DNA from: the human T2T-CHM13v2.0 reference genome, Homo sapiens | DNA: 64,000 nt | Reading direction: 5' to 3' (one strand) | NCBI RefSeq assembly: GCF_009914755.1 | Contig: NC_060925.1 | In this document: positions 1-13,439 of the stretch, one piece after another | Layout of the letters: every line of letters begins with the position of its first letter | How positions within the stretch are numbered: the stretch's first letter is position 1 | Translations under genes and position numbers: made by a program | The notes under the pieces: model-generated | The model's database searches: none | What the model saw: the letters and a program-made list of their open reading frames with translations, nothing else | Told to the model about the DNA's origin: nothing

Positions 1-785
1 GTGGCTTTGGGAGGCTAGTACCAACTTCCCCTGGGTATTCTGGGGGGTCTTCACTGATCAGAGCCTGGGTCTGGAGGCACCTTGGTGATGTTTTTCCCCA
101 TTAGGCCCCTGAGCTCTATGGAAGCACTTAACTGCCTGTTCCCCGCTTATTCTGTGTTTAGACCAAGGAAGCAACATGCCTGGGGTCTGAAATCCTGGAT
201 TCAAATCCTGACTGTGTTTTGTGCTACCCGAGTGAACTTTCACAAGTCCCTCCAATTCTCAAAAGCTTCAGTTTCCTCATCTGCAAAGTGATTATAGAGC
301 AATGCCTAACTTGCTGGTTTATTGTGAGACTGAAATTTATGACAGAAAAATGAGCATAGCCTTTGTTTGTTTCATGGGGTGTTAGTCCTCTGTCCTGACA
401 TTCCCACCTCCTACTCCAGGCTGACTTGAGCGAAGGGTTCATAGAGTGCTGGGTACCACCTCCTCAGCTGGCCTGTGGACACTCAATTCCACCTCTGTCC
501 AAACTCCAAGCAGTTTTCTCTCAGCTGCAGTTTGCTCTGTAGCCATTTCATCCTTAGAATTCCTAGCACGCAAAAGGTTTGCAGAATAGTTCATCACACT
601 GCAGTACTATTAAAGCCATATAGTTCATGACATAGTCCAGGGTCATTAAATGCTGTGGAAGTCCCCTTTCACACAGAACACTGGACTTTCTACTTTAGAA
701 TTGATTGTCATTTGTCACTAAACAGTTTCTCATACTTCTCCGCCTCCCTGTTTGGATTGTCTGCTTAGTACAATCTGCTTAGTAA

Positions 786-1089
<304 letters not shown>

Positions 1090-3035
1090 CTGTGGACATC
1101 TCTTTATTATATCCACTGCTTTTCCAGATTCTCTCTTGCTCTCTCCTTCCACTTCTGTCCGCTGGGACGTAGAATGGTGGAAGGAAGATGGGGGAGAGGT
1201 GTCCTGAATTCTAGAGAAGTGGTTTCTAGCAGAGCAAAGAAACATACAAGAAGCTATTGCAATATTTCAGGCAAGAAATAATGCTAAGGCAGCCACAGGA
1301 AGAGAGGATGGATGTGGATAAATGCCAAATACAATGTGGCATTTCACATGGAGACAAAGGAGAGTGACTGGGAGGCTGGTGACACCCGTGACTGCCACAG
1401 GAAATGGAGTGGTAACCTCATCCACCCCTACACTTTCATACAAGTGACTCTCAAGGCATGCTTCTGGCCATATTGTCTCCCGAGAGCAGAAATCTGAAGA
1501 CAACTGATATGGCCTTTAATAAATGGGGACTGAACTTTGGGGAGGCCCTAATTAAAGACAGCTGGAGCCCTGGGGAAAAGGAGCCAGTGGAGACTGTGGG
1601 AAAATGTCAGAGAGGCAGGAGGAAGGTGAGACCACTGCGGTCAGCCACATCTGACTCAGCTCTTCAAGGAGGGAGGTGGACGGTGCGGAGAGCTGCTGGA
1701 GGGGAGGGGAAGCTGAAGACCATGATGACGTCATGGCCGAGCTGGGGCAGTGGGCAGAGGAGGCGGAAGTCAGGTTGTGAAGAGCTGAGGAGATAGTGGG
1801 GGCTGAGAGGATAGAAGGGCTGGATGCTCTCCCTGAACTGTGAAAAGGAAGAAATCATGCTGCCCACAGGTGGAGTAGCCCAGGAGAAGGGCAACCCTGG
1901 GTCTGCAGCCCCCGCCCCTCTGCCTCTGTGTCTTCCTCACACTGGGCTCCCAAGCCTGTGTAGGCTTGAGTCTTTCTGAAACTTTGGTCAGTCTGTGGTA
2001 ACACCTTTCCCATGATGAAACATGTTTTTTCTTCCCCTTTCTGCATCTTCATTAGTTGCCTTCCTCCTAAACAGAACTCGGCAGCTAAATTAGGCCAAAA
2101 CCCCAACTCATTTCCAACAAAGTTCACCAAATAAGCTGAGAAATCTCTACGGCCTCACAGGAGTCAGTGTCAAGTCACAGGGACTCAGGGGCTCTTCAGA
2201 CCCCAGCTGCACGGAGCCGAGGTCTGAGGTAAAGAAGCAGCCATGTTCCACATGCACTTCCCCTCTTCCGGACACAGAAGTTAGGATGTAGGACGTGCCT
2301 CAAAGGCAGTGTGGATGTGGAGAGGAAGTGATGGCTGCAGCCAACCAGCGTTAAGTCCTCCCCAAATAGGTGTGCGGAAGTGGGAAGGGCACACGTCTAC
2401 CCATGTTCTCTCTTTACTTTAGAGAAGGCTGGGGAACAGAAGGCTGAAACCAACTGTGTGCAGAGTTCTCAGGCCTCTGCCAAAAATGAGCAGGACCTGC
2501 CCGACACCTTCTCCGCTACAACCTCTTTTTCTACTGTCACTGCCCATTGTCATGGTGGCTCCCCAAAGGTGAGCCTGAGTCCATATTTGCAAGCTTTGCC
2601 CTGAAGACAATTATATATCTGATTGCTGTGGCTGCAGAGGCTTAGAATCCTTCAGGGGCAGGAGAGGTCCTGGCAGTAACAGTTATTCTCTATAAGTTCT
2701 TATGTGCCAAGAAAGCTCTGAAGTGCTTGATATGCATCATTTCATTTGTTCCTTACCCAAATCCATTGATAGTAAAAGAAGCTAATTCTTAGGTTAAGTA
2801 TTAATCACTTGTTTAAGGTTACAGACCTCATAAATGATGAGGATTAAACCCAGGTTTGTCTGACTCTAAAGCCAATCTGTGCTCTGTAGAGAAGAGGGAA
2901 AGAGAAATTGCCACCTCCCCAGCATTTCATTGAATCTAAATACATTTTATTTTTTTCTTTCCTGGAATCCAAAGCATGTCAAAGACATTTCAGCCATAAA
3001 CCTGGTTATTTTTTCCTATTAAGAACAAACATGAT

Positions 3036-3352
3036 GGGCCAGGCACAGTGAGTGGCTGACCCGTGTAATCCCAGCACTTTGGGAGGCCAAGGCAGGCAGA
3101 TCACTTGGGCTCAGGAGTTCAAGACCAGCCTGGGCAACATGATGAAACCCCGTCTTTACAAAAAAATACAAAAATTAGCCGGATGCAATGGCATGTGCCT
3201 GTAGTTACAGCTACTCAGGGGGCTGTGGCAGGAGGATCACCTGAGCCTTGGGAAGTTGAGGCTGCAGTGAGCCGTGGTGATCCTGCCACTGTACTCCACC
3301 CTGGGCGACAGAGACCTTGTCTTGAAAAGCAAACAAGCAAACAAACAATAAA
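3036..3352 (+). mobile_element. AluJ
   Basis: Diverged dimeric Alu. Confidence 0.85.
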
Positions 3353-4059
3353 AGCAGAGATGCTATTCTGCCTAGGGCAGGGAATGACTTGGCCCTTAGA
3401 AGTGTTCTAAAATTCTGATCCATGACCTGATAGACCCAAACCCTTCTACTGACACAAGTACAAAAGCTGTCATTTCTTGAGGGTAGCAGGGACTAAGGCC
3501 AGAACTTGGCAACTGGGGAAGAGGTTGGGAGCAGGAGAAGTCAGCATGAGAGCCTGCTAGGGCACATTGTATCTTGAGGGACTTCATACTTGAATTCACA
3601 GCCTTGCCTCCTAACATTTAAAAGTTTAAATAAACTAGAAATGTTTCCTTACCATGGGGACCAAAACAAGTTTCTGTAAAGGTAAATACATGTAAAAATA
3701 AATACAAAATAGCCATGGATATGAAAGCATGGTTAAGGAAAGCATGGATATGAAAGCCATGAAAGCATGGATAAGGAGGGACTCCTTTTAAAAATGTCCA
3801 AGACATTTGGAATTTGGAGTTCCTGGCATGGTGCTGTGTTTTTCCTGTTTGAGCTGTGGTGCTGGCCTCCTAAGAGCTCACCCCATTGCCTCAGCCTCAA
3901 AGGTGCTGGCTGAAGGGAGCTGGGCCTGTAGCTCCATCCATGCTGTCAGTGAGCTCCCTGGACCTAACTGCCTTTTCAAATCCCATAGGGCCACCTGCAC
4001 GTTCCCAGATTTCTTCCCTGGCTTGGGCTGGGACATCTTGACAGAAAGGTAGGCAGCGG

Positions 4060-4380
<321 letters not shown>

Positions 4381-5187
4381 ATCTAGGCAGAGGATCTGAT
4401 TGTCCTGCTCTTTAATAGTAGGACTGGAGTTTGGTGCCTTCTAGCTTTCCCGAGATTATTTGTGAAACTACAAATAAAGTCCTGCTAATGTAATTTGCCA
4501 AAGCCACATAGAGACACTCAACTACTTAGATTTTCTCTGCCTGAGGAAGAAGCAGATGAATCTTGGCACCCTGGGACTTTCATTTTAACTCTCTGGAAAA
4601 AATCTGTGTCATCTGCTGATGTTCCCACTGAGCTGTTTTCAGATTCTAGGTTCTAGAGCAAACTGGGTACCAGCTGGACACCCAGACACACAGTGGGGTT
4701 GGCCTACCGGGCCTGAGGAAGAGCACCGCACAGTTCACAAACAGGAAATGTCCTTTTGCAGAGGACTTTGGTTTTTTTTCAAGATAGAGTTCTGAGGAAG
4801 AAAAAAATGTGTTTAGTTGACCATGAAGTAGCTTTAAATATCAGATACTACCTACTCAATTCAGGTAACTAATTAACAAATTGGCTCTTTGTTATATCTT
4901 TAGGCCAAATGGTCATGCTTTTAAGTTTAGCAATTCAAGGTCTAGCAATTCCTTCATTTTGTTTATGCAAAATTCAAAATGCTGTATCTGTGAATTAATT
5001 ATTAATATTAATATCTTCTAAACTACATTGTGATCATTTTCTCATCAGTCCTTATTCTCACTGTTGTTTTAACTAAGAAAAGGAAAAGGAGAACTGAAAT
5101 CTAGGGTTGATGGCAAACTTAGTTAAGTCTTCAAATCATTACAAAGCACCAATTCACATTTGGCAGTGGTCTCTTGAGCAAAGACTA

Positions 5188-5959
<772 letters not shown>

Positions 5960-6700
5960 AAGCTCTATGTGGTATGGGCTGGATACCATTTCCAGAAGAT
6001 GTCACTGCCTTGTGCTTAATTTCCTAGGACTTTGAACACATATATTCAAATGAATTCTGCCTTGTTCCAGAATTAAAGTGTTCCAGAAGATTGGCTGTTC
6101 TGATGTGCCACTTCAGTGAACCAAAAGGATGTCTGTTTCTTTTTTCTTTTTTCTTTGGCTATCTTTCAGCCCCTTGGCCTTCAGTAAGATTTTCTGTGCC
6201 TTTTATAATGTGTGAAACTAAAGCACCTGTCTAGACCTCAGATGGCTCTTTGGGGTCCAGTTTGCTGCATCTCAAGCCAGCATTTGATTGGTTGTCATTA
6301 TCGCTGTTGCTTTAGAAGTTATTTCCCAAGCATTTAATCATTCAAGTTGAGGTTTCTGTACTTCTGCTGATTACTCCATGCTTCCGTCCACCCAGCACCC
6401 ATTTGGGGAGGTAAAATCATAGACTCTTAGGTTCATTTGCTCTTCCTGAACTTGGAGGGAAAACACCTGTTACTTTTGGCCAATTGATCCCCCAATTCAG
6501 GTCTCAGAACTAAACCACCCACATCCAGGGTGAAAAAGAGGAGACTTTCTGCTTCTGGGGGAGGCCAAGGATAGGCTAGGGTGTGAGGAGGGCAGAGGAG
6601 AAAGGACCCAGGCACGGGTGGTGAGTCCAGGCTTGAGAATTCATAGTGTCTCTTTTGCATGAATCTTATTCATAGTCTCTCTTTTTGCATGCTCCATAGC

Positions 6701-6719
6701 AGGCCACCAGGCGGCACTT
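6701..6719 (+). promoter_or_regulatory. Candidate CTCF site
   Basis: AGGCCACCAGGCGGCACTT; AP-1 TGAGTCA nearby at 6772-6778. Confidence 0.5.
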
Positions 6720-7899
6720 GTGAAATGATAAATGGAGCTCTCTCATCCTCATCCAGTTTCTGGGTGTCTCCTGAGTCACATTCAGAACAGGGAAGTAAAA
6801 AGGGCTGTGAAATGAGCCTTAGTGTCATGTGGTTCTTTTTCTCTAATTGGGTCTGGCAGGCCCGGGCACAGGGGCCTGGGAAACATATCTTTTTGGCAAG
6901 GGTAGAGGGGAAATCTAGTGCCCTCTATTTTCCCATTCGGTATCTAAGCTGACATTCCGGATGAAAATCTCCAGAGGGCTGGAGCTGAACCATAATTATC
7001 CTTTTTTTTTTCTTTTTAAAACTGTACCAGTTAGTATACATGTGATTTCTAGACTTAGAAAACATGTCTTCACGATAAGAGGGATGCAGAACAAAAGCAA
7101 AAAACATCCACTTCAGAAAATTGCACTTCTGTGGCAAATATGCATATTCCCACTAATACAAATACTAAAAACAAAAGTCTGTATTTTTTCCAAACTCTCT
7201 ATTTTTAGTTCTGTTTCTTCTGGCAGAAAATATAATCTCATTCAGTTCCAGGCATTCTTAGGCACTTCACGTTTAAACCTACTCAAGTTTCCCTACTCTG
7301 AAATCCCCAAACTTTTCTCAGGGGTCTGTCATATCTCCCTTTGAAGCTAGCTATTTCTGGGAGAGGTGGGCTTCCAGCATCCCTCCTCTGGACTCCAGCA
7401 TCCCTGTCCAGGGTATAACTTTTGTTTCTCCCCCAGCTGGTCTCTCTCCCTTCTTAATCTTCTGGGGGGTGGAGGGGAGGGCAGGAGCAGGGTGTGGCTG
7501 GAAGAGGAAAGGCTGGTGGAGAGTGGAGACTGGTCAGCAAACACTCTTCATCCTGTCTTTCACTGGGACTTGTGGACCATTGCCAACTATTTGTCATTTC
7601 TTTTCTCTGGCTCCACCGTGGCTATTCTGTAGGACAAATGGCAGCCTCTTGCTTCTCCACAGGAATGGGGGCAGGTGGAGGAAGTCACAAAATAAAAGGG
7701 AGGGTGGGTGGGGGACTCATCCATGAATACTTCACAGTATCACGTCGCAAATTTTGTTTGTGCTGAGATGCTCTCCTGTCTCCTGTTACTCCATCCCTGG
7801 AACTGTTCACTATCGACAATGAATGCACCATTGCTGAGCAAAGGGCTCAGGGCCAACACCAGGGGCTTCACTTGGGACAGGCTGGAGCTCAGGGCAGAA

Positions 7900-8212
7900 G
7901 TTCCACAGGTCTTTTGTTCTCTCAGCATCCTGAAGAGAGATGTGTTTGGGGTTGAGCCAGGCAGGATACACTGAGGTCCTTAGTCCAGCAACCTGTGCAA
8001 AACTGGCACTGCCTTTGTTGAACCTTGAGATGAGTGCAGCTTCCAGCCCCACCTCTTAATTGTAGCCTGGGGGACACCCTCAGCCAGAGGACCCAGCTTA
8101 GCTGTGCTCAAAGTCCCAACCCCCAGCAACTGTGGATAATAAATAAATACATGTTGTTTTAAGCCTCTAAGTTTGATGGTAATTTTTAATGTAGCAGTAG
8201 ATAAGTGATAGA
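7900..8212 (+). mobile_element. MaLR (MLT1-type) LTR fragment
   Basis: Typical MLT1 3' end AATAAA..TGTTGTTTTAAGCCTCTAAGTTT..GTAGCAGTAGATAA. Confidence 0.6.
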
Positions 8213-8519
8213 GTAGGAAAACTAAATTGACCTTCTAGTCATTCGAATGGGGCAGAAACATGTTGTTGGGGGCAATAACATGTAAATTAACTATATCTGT
8301 ATGGAAGATCACCTCTTATGACCTTCACTGTCTAGGATTTCTGAATTTGGAAACTAAGCCTTCTAGGGAGGGTAGAGAAGCCTCCAAGGAATGGTGCCCT
8401 GCCTCTTTTGTATACATATTTTCAACGAGAGGTCTTAATAATCATTGTTGTTCTAAGCTACTATGTTGTAGAGTAATTTGTTATGTAGCAATTGGTAGCA
8501 AATACATTCTTTGTCCGTT

Positions 8520-9550
<1,031 letters not shown>

Positions 9551-10491
9551 TGATATTGTTATCATCAAATAGCATGTTTACAATTCCCAGGCATAGTTAG
9601 CCTTTTGCTTGGTATTCTTTAAAAAGAGTAATTTCTATAGACATAGTTTCTGGCCTCCCAGAGTCTACCCCCTAAAAAATAAAAACAAAATTTAAAAAAT
9701 GGTAGGTTCAAATAGAATAACATGCAGACACATAAGATAGATGAAAATTTGAGAAATGAATCCAGGTAAAACCCAGATCAATCCATCAATTAGCACATAA
9801 AGGAAATATAACTTACTTGAAAACCTACTAGATAAGCCAGACATATGGCACGCCTTATTGATTTATGCCTCATAACAACTTCATGTTGTAGATGATATTA
9901 TGTTTACTTTACAGACGAAGAAACAGGCTCAGAAAGGTTAAGTTACTGGACAGAGGCCACATAGCTTGCTGAATCTGTTTTTCCAAAGTAAAAACTCGTT
10001 TTTTATACCACATTGCCCATACTTCTTATAAGACTCTATTTGCAGTCCTTCTTGAAGTGAAAAAAGTCTTGTTAATAATCAGACACCTAAATTCTAGTTG
10101 ATCACCATAACATGTATTTTTTCTAGGCAATATACTTCTCTAAGTTAACCTCATTAAAATGGGGCAATAATACCTATATTCATTTATTCACCAAAAGCTG
10201 CCTAATACTTCAATAAATATAAGGGACCCCAATTATGCACAAGGTTTCATAAAGTGACCAAAGATAAATAATCCATGGACCCTAACCTAGCACAACCTAT
10301 GTATGAAACACACATTTATTATTTTGTGTAATAAGAATCTCATTTCTGAGACCTTTTGGTCCTTACACTCCATCTACAGAGTTACAGTGAAAGTCACTAT
10401 ATTAGTAAAATGTGATCCAGACTAGGTCTCAGTTGACTGATCTAGAGGTTGAGTCTAGACTCAAGCTGGATCAATCAGAAGCCTTCCCTGG

Positions 10492-10925
10492 TGTCAGGCC
10501 TCTGAGCCCAAGCCAAGCCATCGCATCCCCTGTGACTTGCACATATACGCCCAGATGGCCTGAAGTAACTGAAGAATCACAAAATAAGTGAAAAGGCCCT
10601 GCCCCGCCTTAACTGATGACATTCCACCATTGTGATTTGTTCCTGCCCCACCTTAACTGAGTGATTAACCCTGTGAATTTCCTTCTCCTGGCTCAGAAGC
10701 TCCCCAACTGAGCACCTTGTGACCCCTGCCCCTGCCCACCAGAGAACAACCCCCTTTGACTGTAATTTTCCATTACCTTCCCAAATCCTATAAAACGGCC
10801 CCACCCTTATTTCCCTTCACTGACTCTCTTTTTGGACTCAGCCCACCTGCACCCAGGTGAAATAAACAGCTTTATTGCTCACACAAAGCCTGTTTGGTGG
10901 TCTCTTCACACAGACACGTGTGAAA
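10492..10925 (+). mobile_element. HERV-H 5' LTR (LTR7B-like U3)
   Basis: TGTCAGGCCTCTGAGCCCAAG start, TATAAAA 10789-10795, AATAAA 10861-10866, TGAAA end. Confidence 0.93.
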
Positions 10926-10927
10926 TT

Positions 10928-10945
10928 TGGTGCCGTGACTCGGAT
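10928..10945 (+). other. Primer binding site for tRNA-His
   Basis: TGGTGCCGTGACTCGGAT directly after the 5' LTR. Confidence 0.92.
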
Positions 10946-11400
10946 CGGGGGACCTCCCTTGGGAGATCAATCCCCCGTCCTCCTGCTCTTTGCTCCATGA
11001 GAAAGATCCACCTACGACCTCAGGTCCTCAGACCGACCAGCCCAAGAAACATCTCACCAATTTCAAATCCGGTAAGCGGCCTCTTTTTACTCTCTTCTCC
11101 AACCTCCCTCACTATCCCTCAACCTCTTTCTCCTTTCAATCTTGGCGCCACACTTCAATCTCTCCCTTCTCTTAATTTCAATTCCTTTCATTTTCCAGTA
11201 GAGACAAAGGAGACATGTTTTATCCGTAGACCCAAAACTCCGGCGCCAGTCACGGACTGGGAAGGCAGCCTTCCCTTGGTGTTTAATCATTGCAGGCACA
11301 CCTCTCTGATCATTCACCCATGTTTCAAAGGTGTCAGACCACGCAGGGACACCTGCCTTGGTCCTTCACCCTTAGCGGCAAGTCCCGCTTTTCTGAGGAA

Positions 11401-11985
11401 GGGGCAAGTACCCCAACCCCTTCTTTCCTTGTCTCTATCCCTTCTCTGCTTTTCTGGGGAAGGGGCAAGTACCCCAACCCCTTCTGTCCTTGTCTCTACC
11501 CCTTCTCTGCTTTTCTGGGGAAGGGGCAAGTACCCCAACCCCTTCTGTCCTTGTCTCTATCCCTTCTCTGCTTTTCTGGGGAAGGGGCAAGTTCCCCAAC
11601 CCCTTCTGTCCTTGTCTCTACCCCTTCTCTGCTTTTCTGGGGAAGGGGCAAGTACCCCAACCCCTTCTCTCATTGTCTCTACCCCTTCTCTGCTTTTCTG
11701 GGGAAGGGGCAAGTACCCCAACCCCTTCTGTCCTTGTCTCTACCCCTTCTCTGCTTTTCTGGGGGAGGGGCAAGTACCCCAACCTCTTCTGTCCTTGTCT
11801 CTACCCCTTCTCTGCTTTTCTGGGGAAGGGGCAAGTTCCCCAACCCCTTCTGTCCTTGTCTCTACCCCTTCTCTGCTTTTCTGGGGAAGGGGCAAGTACC
11901 CCAACCCCTTCTCTCCTTGTCTCTACCCCTTCTCTGCTTTTCTGGGAGAGGGGCAAGTTCCCCTCAACCCCTTCTCCTTCACCCT
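11401..11985 (+). repeat. 61-bp minisatellite, 9 full copies plus a partial copy, in the HERV-H leader
   Basis: Unit GGGGCAAGTACCCCAACCCCTTCTGTCCTTGTCTCTACCCCTTCTCTGCTTTTCTGGGGAA starting at 11401, 11462, 11523, 11584, 11645, 11706, 11767, 11828, 11889 and (partial) 11950. Confidence 0.97.
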
Positions 11986-12181
11986 TAGCAACAAGTCCCA
12001 CTTTTCTAGGGGGCAAGAACCCCCAATCCCTTATTTCCACACCCCAACCTCTTATCTCTGTGCCCCAATCCCTTATTTCCGTGACCCGACCCCCTTCCCA
12101 CTTTTCGGGAGGGTAAGAACCCCCGAACCCCTTCCCTCCATGTTTCTACGCTCTCTTTCCTCTGGGTTTGTCTCCTTCACT

Positions 12182-13410
12182 ATGGGCAACCTTCCACCCT
12201 CCATTCCTCCTTCTTCTCTCCCTTAGCCTGTGTTCTCAAAACTTAAAACCTCTTCAACTCACACCTGACCTAAAACCTAAATGCCTTATTTTCTTCTGCT
12301 ATGCCGCTTGACCCCAATACAAACTCGACAGTAGTTCCAAATAACCAGAAAATGGCACTTTGAATTTTTCCATCTTGCAAGATCTAAATAATTCTTGTTG
12401 TAAAATAGGCAAATGGTCTGAGGTGCCTGACGTCCAGGCATTCTTTTACACATCAGTCCCTTCCTAGTCTCTGTGCCCAGTGCAACTCGTCCCAAATCTT
12501 CCTTCTTTCCCTCCCGCCTGTCCCCTCAGTACCAACCCCAAGCATCGCTGAGTCTTTCTAATCTTCCTTTTCTACAGACCCATCTGACCTCTCCCTTCCT
12601 CCCCAGGCTGCTCCTCTCCAGGCCGAGCTAGGTCCCAATTCTTCCTCAGCCTCTGCTCCTCCACCCTATAATCTTTTTGTCACCTCCCCTCCTCACACCT
12701 GGTCTGGCTTACAGTTTCGTTCCGTGACTAGCCCTCCCCCACCTGCCCAGCAATTTACTCTTAAAAAGGTGGCTGGAGCCAAAGGCATAGTCAAGGTTAA
12801 TGCTCCTTTTTCTTTATCCCAAATCAGAAGTGTTTAGGCTCTTTTTCATCAAATATAAAAATCCAGCCCAGTTCATGGCTCCTTTGGCAGCAACCCTGAG
12901 ATGCTTTACAGCCCTAGACCCTAAAAGGTCTAAAGGCCGTCTTATTCTCAATATACATTTTATTACCCAATCTGCTCCCGACATTAAATAAAACTCCAAA
13001 AATTGGAATCTGGCCCTCAAACCCCAAAACAGGACTTAATTAACCTCACCTTCAAGGTGTACAATAACAGAAAAAAGTTGCAATTCCTTGCCTCCACTGT
13101 GAGACAAACCCCAGCCACATCTCCAGCACACAAGAACTTCCAAACGCCTGAACCGCAGCAGCCAGGCGTTCCTCCAGAACCTCCTCCCCCAGGAGCTTGC
13201 TACACGTGCCGGAAATCTGGCCACTGGGCCAAGGAATGCCCGCAGCCCAGGATTTCTCCTAAGCCGCGTCCCATCTGTGTAGGACCCCACTGAAAATCGG
13301 ACTGTTCAACTCACCTGGCAGCCACTCCCAGAGCCCCTGGAACTCTGGCCCAAGGCTCTCTGACTGACTCCTTCCCAGATCTTCTCGGCTTAGCGGCTGA
13401 AGACTGATAC
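12182..13410 (+). pseudogene. HERV-H gag remnant
   Basis: MGNLPPSIPP start at 12182 stops after 14 codons; CCHC knuckle CYTCRKSGHWAKEC in ORF 13003-13293; second knuckle broken (RPICVGPH-stop). Confidence 0.85.
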
Positions 13411-13439
13411 TGCCCGATCGCCTCAGAAGCCCCCTAGAC

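Noticed and set aside
11401-11985. CRISPR-like regularly spaced repeats
   Set aside because: Units are contiguous with no unique spacers and there are no cas genes; this is a eukaryotic minisatellite inside HERV-H
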